Assembly (NCBI GenBank): GCA_951406725.2
Contig: OX597831.1
Span: 12,462,001-12,526,000, forward strand
Length of the DNA: 64,000 nucleotides
Reading direction: 5' to 3'
DNA from: Octopus vulgaris
Taxonomy: Eukaryota
Shown: positions 53,923-64,000 of the stretch, piece after piece
How the letters are laid out: every line of letters starts with the position of its first letter
Position numbering within the stretch: position 1 is the first letter of the stretch
Notes under the pieces: generated by a model
The model's input: only the letters and a program-made list of their open reading frames with translations
The model's database searches: none
What the model was told of the DNA's origin: nothing
Program-made: the position numbers and the translations under genes

Positions 53923-56074
53923 AAGTATAGTGTTTAAGACTAACTGTTAAAAAGATCTTGTCTTTTCAGTGTTCATAAATTTTCTCTGCAAAATGTACAG
54001 TTGTGTGTGTTATCTTTAATGAGTATAGGTGCAAGCATGGTTGTGTGGTTGAAAAGTTTTAGTTTCAGTCTCACTGTGTGACACCTTCAGTAGGATTTTA
54101 CTACCATATCTCAGACTGACTACCGAATCCACTCTCAAAGGCTTGTGAGTGGATTTGGCAGATGGAAACTGAAAGAAACATTTATGGGTGTGTGTGTGTG
54201 TGCATGCCCACCTTTGTCATTCCTTGACTTGACATAATGTGATAATTGTAATCAAGTGTCACTGTGATTTCATTTGCTTCCAATCCGCCATAAAAAACAT
54301 GTCCTTTGTGACTGGAAGGACATTTGGCTATAGAAAACTTGTCTCAATGAATTCTGCCTGACTCATGCAAGCATGAAAGAGCATAAATGATGATGATGAT
54401 GATGATGATGATGAAGAGGAACATCATTTATCTTTTGTGCTTTACTTGTTGCAGCCATTGGACTGCAGCCATGCTGGGGGCACTGCCTTGAAATCTTTAA
54501 TTGAACACATTGATTCTAGTACTTAATTATTTTAACCATGGCACTTATTCTGTTGGTCTTTTTTTGCTGAACTGCTAAGTGATAGAGATGTGAAGAAACT
54601 AGTATTGGTTATCAAGGGGTGGGAGCAAACATAACACAGACACACACATATATATATGTATATATATGTTACACACACAAAGATACAAAGACATATATAG
54701 TGACACACATGATGATGATGGTGATCTTTACTGTATATGTTGTTGGTCAAGATAAAATCCACAAATATTATTTCTTAATCTTGAGTTAATGACATAAGGT
54801 GAAGCAGTAACATGATAAATTTTTCATTCAAAATTGATTTTGTAGCATTTTATTTTCCCTTAAGGCTGAGTGTACTTATATCTCATTTATTTTCTTTAAG
54901 ATGGTAGTGTCTCATTTGAATGAAATTTGCTGCTATTTCTATCAAGTCAATAATCTACATAACAGCACACATCAAAAGAGTTAAGATTAATGAGGAATTT
55001 TTTTTTTGAAGACATCAGTAAATTGTAGACAATACCATGTGACACAACTGAAGTAATTTCCTTTTATTTTCTCGATGCTGGCATAAATCTTAAGAAAGTT
55101 CTCAGAAAATATAGAACATTTGCTGAACAACCATGTGAACTGAAATGTGTACTAACACAATATGATAACAGAGAATCAAATTGGAACTCATGACATAAAT
55201 GGAAAAGTCCAATACCTTATTTATACATTTAGCCATTTTGTTACCTGAAAACTAGATTGATATTCATAGATTTTCTTCTCTTTCTTTCTCTTATAACTTG
55301 GACTATGCAGATGAAAACAAAAATTTTACTACAAGTCCTCACACAGCCACAGCAAAATGACTGAAATGAGCAAAAGAGTAAAAGCTTTCACTACTTCTCC
55401 AGTCATTGCATTAAGAGCCTTTACAGAACAAATATTCTTTACCACACAAAACTAATTTTATAAATTGATGAAAGTCTTTCTGTCAATATATTGCTAACAC
55501 AAGTAAAAGAAAAAGATAAGTTTTGTATTGATCCCTTCTAAGAAATAAATGTAAAAATTAGAATTCTCCTATTTGCTAGGGTGTGTGTGTATAAAGCTAT
55601 ATAAATCACGTTCGTGTTATACAAAACGTATTTTGAATGCATGATAAATTATAGTTTACTTTACAAATGCAACAACACAGTCTAGTAAAAAATATATGCA
55701 TGGAAAAATAATAGTCAAAAACAAATTTGGTGACAATCTGATGATTGTTCTTTTGTATGTTACATTCTTAAGCTAAGAATAATAACCACACCCGTCCTAA
55801 GAGTTAGTATTCAAGTAGAATTGAAGTGAAATGTGATGTAGTCAGTTTTTTTTTAGTCTGTGTGTGAATTTTGTTTTAGCTGTCTGAATAATTAATTCAT
55901 GCTTAAGTAATGATTAATGGAAAGGTATGCTGGAATGTCTTACAACTACTTTCAGCATAGATAATATGCATAACATGAAGGAATTATAATATTAATGTCT
56001 AATGCTTATGATTCTAGTTGCACTTTGTATCTTTTAAATATAAGAGGTCTGAGTCATTCAGAGTTTTGAATTTT

Positions 56075-56570
56075 GTCAGGGACCTTAGAACATTGGGCCT
56101 CACAGAGGCAATGACAGGAGACTGAGACCTTTGGAGATATGCTGTGATTGAGAAGACACAGCAACTAAATTGAGATTGCAGACATGCATGTCCGGCCCAG
56201 TTAAAGAGTACCCTTGATGCGTCATGCGATATGATATGTTTGAGAAGACCTGTTGAATCAAGTAAAACCAATATTGTAGCTGTGGCTAGTGCCTCCGACT
56301 GGCTCCAGTGCTGGTGGCACATACAAAGCACAAACCAAATGTGGCTGATGCCAGTACCCCTTGACTGGCTCTTGTGCTGGTGGCATATTCAAAGCACCAA
56401 CCAAATGTAGCCAATGCCAGTACCCCAACTGGCCCCCATGCCAGTGGCATGTAAAAATCACTATGTGAATGTGATCCATGCTAGACCTGCCTGATTGGCT
56501 CCTGTGCCAGTGACACATAAAAGTCACCCACTACACTCTTGGAGTGGTTGGCGTTAAGAAGGGCATCCAG
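56075..56570 (+). mobile_element. RTE-type LINE 3' end with internally repeated 3' UTR
   Basis: RDLRTLGLTEAMTGD*DLWRYAVIEKT C-terminus, then four ~66-bp units, then GGAGTGGTTGGCGTTAAGAAGGGCATCCAG. Confidence 0.8.
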
Positions 56571-56796
56571 GTAATTTGTACAGTATCTTTGACATACAGA
56601 TTGTAGCACCCTTCAATGATATATATGTCTGTATGTATGTATTTTCAAGCCAAATTTTACAGCCAAAAATGTAGGTTGACATATACATCAAGACTATTGT
56701 GGAAGACTAAAAGTATGTGAAATGCAGCAGGATTTTTATAGTGAAAAGGATGAAGTGATTTAAAGGGATGAGAAGACCATATTGAGTGTTGTTCTT

Positions 56797-57152
56797 ATTA
56801 TTATTATTCCTTCGTAACACTGTGTAGGTAAAAATGTATCGCAGTCTTTAGTCACCTGTCAAGTCACAAGAAGGACTTCAGACAGGTAATACTTTCCTTA
56901 AGATGTGCGCTGTGCCCAATAAGGCTACTTTTTGCAAAACATCAATCTTGCATGGGATTTCCAGTTGCCTTATGACATTTTGAAGTTTCAACGGAATTGA
57001 GTCCAACACTCCGATCACCACTGGTATCACTTTTACATTACCCTCTTGCATTCCATACAATCTTGCCATTTCTAATTTCAATTCGGAGTAATTGGTGACT
57101 TTTTCAATCTCATTACTCACAACATTCTTGTCATTTGGTATGGCTACATCAA
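56797..57152 (-). mobile_element. 3' fragment of R4/Dong-like non-LTR retrotransposon (REL domain)
   Basis: IDVAIPNDKNVVSNEIEKVTNYSELKLEMARLY...VIPVVIGVLDSIP...LQKVALLGTAHILRKVL. (AAT)n at both junctions; the NNNNN in the ORF track is the 5' flank. Confidence 0.88.
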
Positions 57153-58299
57153 TATTATTATTATTATTATATAAATATTTGGATAATTTGTTTTGTACTA
57201 GTGGTGAATTATAGTTGAATGAATGTTTATGAAATTTAACTTTTGTTATGGTGATGAAGGAATAAATATTAAAATATGATAACTTCCATAATTTTGGAAA
57301 TTCTATGGAATAATAATCCAAATTTTTTGCTTGGAAGATAAGTTATCATAGGAATAATGATGATGTTCAAATGTTTACACAATAGACTACATTGACCTGT
57401 ATGCCAGTAACTACAGTAAATGAAATAATTTCTAAGTTTGGCAACAGGAAATGATATTTTGAGGAATAGAACAGTTAACACTACTGATCTCCATTATTGG
57501 ACTAGCACTGATTTTATAAAACCCTGAAGGACGAGAAGTAGGTAACTTAAATGAAATTTGAACTCAGAACATAAAGTGATATAATGAAATATCACAGGGC
57601 ATTTGTCCAAATCATTAGAAAATATTTGTTTGATGTCATGGAGTAGTTCACCATTTTTGTCACTCTTGATTTTGAAATATTTGAAGTAGTCTGTGGAATA
57701 TCATTCAACAAAAAGAGATAACTATATGTATGAATTAGTAAATAAAAATTGTCCATTTCAATCTTTATCAAAAAAGTCAATGGATATAAGTAGGACGATG
57801 ATATTATATATATATATATATATATATAAACATGTGCATGCACATGTGTGTGTGTGTGTGTAAGCTCTAACATTAAAACTATTGTCTTCATGCATCCAGT
57901 AGTGAAACATCAGAATAAACTGTATTGACAAGTGTCATTTACTCACATTTCAATTTCATAGTAAGAAATACATAAGAATTGAATTCAAGTGATATAATCT
58001 GAAAATCATATGCATACAAACAGAACAGGAAAATACAAATTTATTCCAGATAAGTTGTTTCTTTTCTTTTTTGTAATTGGACATGGATGTAGAAGAAGAA
58101 GAAAAAATCTAGATAATATTTCATTCTTTGGTTCTCTTTAAAAAGTAGCTAAGAAAAACAGAAAACCTATTTAAGGGAAATTTTTTAACACCTTATCTCT
58201 CAAATGTGACTATCTATTCATTCATTTAAAGTTGAAGAACAAATAAACTTGCTACTGTCTGGTATGTAGAACTTTTGAACTGGTAGCACCTGTATCTGC

Positions 58300-58680
58300 A
58301 AGTTGTTTGCAAATAATATATTGCTTCATGGTAGTGAGACATGGGCCCTGAATGCAGAGGACATGTGACGATGTATGCTTTGATAGATGTGTGACATCAG
58401 TGTACATGTACGACAAAGTGTTGAGAAGGAAGTTGAGCATAAGAGGAATCAGATTTAGCATGCAAGAAAGAAGACTGCGGTTTGGTCATGTGATGTGTAT
58501 GAATGAGGACAGCTGTATAAAGAAGTGCTGATCATTTAAAGTGGATGGAACCTGGAGACCAACGGATGAAGTAGTAAGGTCTAATGAAGATGCTGAGCCC
58601 CATAGAAGTTCTTGACTGATAACCAATCTAATGCTTACAAGGTTCTTGAGAAGATCCTGCCCACCTCAGCAAAACTGAGT
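58300..58680 (+). mobile_element. Decayed RTE-type LINE fragment
   Basis: LLHGSETWALNAED...LRRKLSIRGIRFSMQERRLRFGHVMCMNEDSCIKKC; homologous to 37.5 kb. Confidence 0.85.
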
Positions 58681-61400
58681 TATGGACACACTGTGTATTC
58701 CACCCACACATAGCATTAATTCACATGCCTCATCCCAATGAACCAAACTACATCGCTTCATGCACTGTGCTAGTCTCTCCCTCCACTGCTCTTGCAGCCC
58801 AACTCTACCATGTCCTCTCTTTCCCTTGCCCTCCCCACTACCAACAGTATCATTGTTATCCTGGCACTCCCTGCTCTACATGCACCTGCCCCACCCCACG
58901 CCTATAAAGTGGTTGGCATTAGGAAAGGCATCTAGCTGCAGAAACCTTGCCAAAGCAGGCAGTGGTGTATGGCATAGCCCTCAGGCCAGCTATTTTGATG
59001 GTAAATATATTTTGCATCTATTATTTTATTATTGATCGTGTATATAAATGAAGCTGTATCTTTTAATTTGCTACTTTCTTTACATGAAATGAGAAGATAC
59101 ATTGCAGAATTGTCATTTTAACGAATTATATCTATTTATCATGCAAAGAGATGCATGTGCACCATTGGATGCTTCTGAACCAATTATTAAGTATCCCACC
59201 TGTGAGGGATCGCCGCTAAATGTGTCGAAATAACTGTTGTGATTAATAAAAATTCTCATATCTTTCATCTTTCATTTACCATATACATAACGAACACAGT
59301 GAAAGTGATCCTGCTTTACCAGTAAGCTATCAAGTATAAACCATTCGTTTTATTATATATATTTATATATATATATGACAATGACTTAGCAACTACAAAT
59401 AAATGAAAGAAGAAAGAGATAATGAAATAAGGAAGAAAAGAGAAAAAAGAAGATACCGAAAGTCATCGTGTTTATCCACTGGAGATCAATGAAGATGATA
59501 GTTTCAACCATTCAGTAAGTCAACAGGGGACACAACCATGCAAGGGACTAAGTAATTGCAACTGCCCCTCCTATACTACACATTCCATGCACTTGAATCT
59601 ACAGAAATGGTAACATTTCATTGTTACAAATATGTGATGCTTCTTACTGCTATGATAAAAGGTGTACAGCACTTGCACAAAGTATGTGGTTATGCACAAT
59701 AAGAGGTGGAGTATTGTAAATGTGTGTGCATGTGCATGCGCATGTAAGTTTCAACCAATTCTCCAGAATTAAAAGCTATCCTTTTGCATACCCCTTAAAG
59801 CAAATGATAAACTGAAACTTTTTCGTTTTCCATTTTTCGATTTTATGGCAATCAGTAAAATGAATAACCAATTTCAAAAGATTTAAAAAAAAGAATTTGG
59901 GATTTTAAATCCAAGTTTATATACATAAAACTCATAGTTCTATAAAATAGGATTAATGTTTAAATCCGGTTTCATGTCACTCTTTAGTGGCAATATCTTT
60001 AATGACATACACAGTGAATGTTTTCCAAATAATTTTGAAAATGATCCAGAACTTAGAAGGATTTAATAAAATACCTTTCTAATAATTTATCTCATGTTTC
60101 ATTAAAAAAAAGAAGACATTCCTACGTAAAATTATGATCATATGTTTTAATTTGAATATAAATACTTTCAAAGAAGAGGGTTATCTCAAATACATTAGAA
60201 TTGAAAGTCATCAAACCTCTTTGTACATCTTGGCTATTCTCAATCCTTTACAGAAAAAAAAATAATAAGTTACAGTCTTTTTATTGTCCCTTCTGGTCTT
60301 CATAACTGCCCTCACTTATCTATTGTGTGATAGTTTTAGACAAGCACTTCTTTTGTGTCCATGTCACTTAAAATTATGTCTTTTGGTTGGTTAAACAAAT
60401 TGTTCTTGCTTGTCTAGAAGGGAATTATCATATTGTTTAACAAAACTATTATTTTTTTCAGTACTTAAAATAGACTTTTACAAAAAAAGATTCCTGTAAC
60501 TCTAGGACTCACCTGTATTTTACATTTGCTTGTGCAGAAGAGTGAACAATACCCAGTAATTTGTATAGTTTAGCAGAACACAAACTTCGAAAATGTTATA
60601 TGACAATGAGTTCAATTTTTCTATCTTGAGGAACACATACTCTCTATTTTCTACATAACTAAGACTCTGTATTGAACTCAACATGACTGGCTAGTTTTAT
60701 TATAAAATAGAAAGATACCAAAGCTATTTAGAATGCTTGTGAAAACATTTCAAAATGTGGAAAGAAAGCAAAGTTAGAGATACAAATAGAAGAGAAATCA
60801 AGAAGATAAAAAGACTCAATGGAGAAAACACCGATGACAATGAAAGTAATTGTAACAGTATAGAAGATAATTTTTTCTATTTTACTTTTACAAAGGTAGA
60901 AAATCATTATCAGTCATTTTACAATTCTCTTCTCCCATGTTGGTTCCATAGCCTCTGTCTACTTTCTTCTGTCCTCCAACGTTCTCATTTGCTTTGACAT
61001 ATTTATAAAACACTCAAAAGCCTGGGGTTAGACCAAAATTACATTAGAGCTCTAATGATTGATTTTTTCCTCAGTATGATTTTTTTTTCTTACTGAGGTA
61101 TTTCAACCTCATATAATAAATTGCTTTACACCAACGCAGTCACACATTTTTTCTCTCTCTCTAATTTACTTGCAGGTTATATATTTTCTCATGAAGCATA
61201 AAGAACAATATAAACTAATTTTTGTATTGCATGTTCTAAAAAAGAAATAAACTAAAAAATATTAAGCATTTGTTTTCTCCTCAAGGTTTCTGCCCTCCAT
61301 TAGCAAGCCTCTACCAGATTCAGACAAAATATGCTAAGTTTCTTAATTACATGAAACATTCCCTCAAAATATATTTTCTCCAAGAATGAAACTACTGCCA

Positions 61401-61580
61401 ACGAGGAAGGTTCTATGTGGTTGTCCAGCCTACGAGTAACAGTAGCCAAATTTTGTTCATATCACACCTTATCTGCTTAAAATAAGAAAAGGCACATAGG
61501 ATAATGTATTCCTAGATAACCTGTTAGAATGTCTTTGGTTATAAGTCTGTTTGATAAGGGCTGATCTAAATAAACAACAA
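61401..61580 (+). repeat. Old dispersed repeat family F (copies near 1.2, 19.2, 23.8, 27.85, 31.3, 41.86, 48.4, 48.6 kb on +; fragments at 7.7, 8.3, 54.9 kb on -)
   Basis: Recurrent blocks CTAGAAATAGCAGCCAAAT, GGATAATGTA and TTTGATCATAGGTCTG, ending in GCTAAACAACAAC. Heavily diverged; class unknown. Confidence 0.65.
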
Positions 61581-63286
61581 CTGGTTACTTTCATCATTGC
61601 ACTGAGGATAGTAAACTGAACTAGTATATGAAATGGAAAAAAAACTTCTCATGACTAAAGCTTATTTTAATTAAATTAAAAATTTAAAATGCTTTACATA
61701 TAGCCTAATACTGTGTTTCAATGAATTAGTCAAGCGATTTTCCTGTTAACAAAAGTTTAATCACAACAAATTACAATTCAAATTAGTAATAAATATTTAT
61801 AAAACGTTGGAATTAACTGTATGCAATGAAGTGAAATAGAAATCCCACAAGTCTGAGACAAAATTAAATAAAATACACATTAAGATGACGTTGCTTCATG
61901 ACTGAATACTCAGTAATTCCGGACTTTTCTAAAGAAATATATAGCTTTGTTCACTAAACCATGTTCCAAAAAACATTAATGTTAATGTTGATAAGGTAAA
62001 GAATACAAATCAAACTTGTTGGTGTGTATGTGTGTATTTATATATATATATCATCATCATCATCGTTTAGCGTCCGCTTTCCATGCTAGCATGGGTTGGA
62101 CGGTTCAACTGGGGTCTGGGAAGCCAGAAGGCTGCACCAGGCCCAGTCTGATCTGGCAATGTTTCTACGGCTGGATGCCCTTCCTAACGCCAACCACTCC
62201 GTGAGTGTAATGGGTGCTTTTTACGTGCCACCGGCACATGCAACATACATGTTGATAGTTATGTGATTGGATATGTGCATGCACATTTATGCTTTCAGAA
62301 GCAAATATATGTATATACACACATGTAAGAGTGTTTACATGTTTATGTGAGAGAGAGGGGGGAGTGAGTAGGGTGGAGGGTGTGAATATAGCTGAGTTCC
62401 AACGAATGTAACCATATATGCGAATTAAAAAAAAAAGCAAAATCATTGTGCAAACAAGAATAGATCTCTTTATCACTATCAGAAAATGCTCTCAAAGAAA
62501 TGCAAGTGACGTATGAATAAAACTGAAGCTTCCAGCCAAGGATAGCTATTGACAGATATATCATGGTTGCAGGATTGGATTAGTTCTCATACAAAATATC
62601 TCTGCATAACAATTCCAATGAATGATTGTTAAAAGTACTGCAGGCATATCTGCACTATGTTTATGGAACTGACTATAGTATCAAAGCTTCATATTACAAC
62701 ACCATTACCTAAAGAGTACTTAAGTCATTGTCATGATGTTACTCTCATCAGTAGGGGTAGAATACAAGAGGATTTGTAAGGTAAGTAGATTTATTTAATG
62801 AGATTAGATGGTAACAGCAATAACAATAATAATGATAAATAGTGAAAAATAATCATTTTTTTGCCACAAGGGTTATGGACGACTGGAAATTGTTGACACA
62901 GCAAGGAAAAGATGGTTAATCACTTATATAAAAAATAATACGTTGTGAGTAGCAGGATGGTGTGGGGGAGAATTGTTTGCTTGGATTACTTAACATCAGA
63001 TTTTTATTGTGAAATAATTGATTTCGATAGATTTTGGCAACAATTCTCTTAAGAACTTGAGACATATCTGTGTATATGTCTGTGTGTGAGAGAGAGAATA
63101 TATACATATTCATATACACATACAAATGTACATTTATATATATATATATATTTAAGGTATATTCTGCTAGGAATGTAGCGGAGTACAGTACAGGGCTTGT
63201 TCAGCCTTAGAATTACAGAATAGCCGGTAGTATTACAATATACTTCTAAGTCTAGATTTGGGCATTTGTTGTCTGTGAAAATAAAG

Positions 63287-63671
63287 TTGAATAAGATAGA
63301 GTCAACAAGAAGGGGTATGGTTGGGCTGTTATTTTTTAATCACTACAAATGTTTCTAAGCAACCGTTTACCTGTATAATGGGATCCAGTTGTATTTCCTC
63401 AGGTGATATCCAATTGCTGTCTCCATTAGTTAAAAAATATTTGACTTCAGTACTAATACACATGTTAGGATTGAAGTCAAAGGTTTTTTAACTAATGGAG
63501 ACAGCAATTGGATATCACCCGAGGATATACAACCGGATCCTATTATACAGGTAAACAGTTGCATAATCAAATACCTGTATGTATGAAAAACTATGTTTTA
63601 TGGAAACATTTGTGGTGATTAAGAAATAACTGTCAAACCATACTCCTTCTTGTTGAATCTATTTTATTCAA
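63287..63671. mobile_element. ~385-bp foldback element whose two arms each carry a hammerhead motif
   Basis: The two arms are imperfect reverse complements centred near 63460, with a 37-nt insertion in the right arm (63566-63602). Confidence 0.9.
63338..63408 (-). ncRNA. Type I hammerhead motif with long stem II (left arm), partly decayed
   Basis: Minus strand AUCAC-CUGAGGA-AAUACAACUG...CGGUUGCUUA-GAAAC AUUU GUA-GUGAU. Core, stem I (AUCAC/GUGAU) and GUA triplet are intact; proximal stem II is mismatched. Confidence 0.7.
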
Positions 63672-63673
63672 TT

Positions 63674-64000
63674 ATACATGGTGCGTAAGATATTTGAGGA
63701 CATACCTTTTTTGAGTCACTGCTGCATTTTTTGCTAACCCTGTATAATATTTGTTTCAGAAAATAATAATAGCAGACCCTCAGCTTACTCAAAAAATGAA
63801 GAGACATGCTGTTATTGTGGTTAAAAAAGCTGAGCATAGTGATTTAGAAATACCTCAATTTTTAAAAATTGCCAGATCTTTCATCTGCAGGGTTTGTAAG
63901 GTGCTAGAGACTGAAGTTGGAAACATATCACCAGTATCAAAGTATAAAAAGCATTCTAAATACTCTGAAATCATTAGAACACCTGAATTTATCCAACAAG
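63674..64000 (+). mobile_element. 5' end of Tc1/mariner-superfamily (maT/DD37D-like) transposon; transposase ORF from 63796 runs off the window
   Basis: TA-CA start typical of a Tc1/mariner end. ORF MKRHAVIVVKKAEHSDLEIPQFLKIARSFICRVCKVLE...KKHSKYSEIIRTPEFIQQ resembles a Tc1-type N-terminal HTH. Catalytic domain is not in the window. Confidence 0.7.

Noticed and set aside
56285-56530. Regularly spaced palindromic repeats resembling a CRISPR array
   Set aside because: The units are diverged, the spacers resemble each other, and the array lies inside a eukaryotic LINE 3' UTR with no cas genes.
62660-62786. Plus-strand consensus donor AAG|GTAAGT after a 38-codon ORF
   Set aside because: The ORF stops before the donor, has no recognisable homology, and such 9-mers are expected by chance.

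Overview
AT-rich eukaryotic genomic DNA, dense in microsatellites and short interspersed repeats. The repeat families look like those of an Octopus-type cephalopod genome (inference from recalled repeat sequences, not a database result). Almost all of the window reads as intron of a minus-strand type IV diacylglycerol kinase gene (DGKZ/DGKI, Drosophila rdgA-like). One confident 106-nt coding exon (21326-21431) is missed by the ORF track, and one or two candidate upstream exons splice to it in frame. The rest is a layered transposon landscape: several tRNA-derived SINE families, 3' ends of RTE-type and R4/Dong-type (REL endonuclease) LINEs, mariner/Tc1 relics, and piggyBac-like and pogo-like MITEs. 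The most unexpected signal is a set of type I hammerhead-ribozyme motifs in short elements, mostly (TA)n-associated and probably Penelope-like or retrozyme-like. These include a near-intact copy at 12.8 kb and an inverted pair forming a ~385-bp foldback at 63.3-63.7 kb. A full-length inverted SINE pair also brackets the DGK exons. Nearly all ORFs in the supplied track are repeat or microsatellite artefacts. Repeat boundaries were set by eye and are approximate unless a TSD or TIR is quoted.
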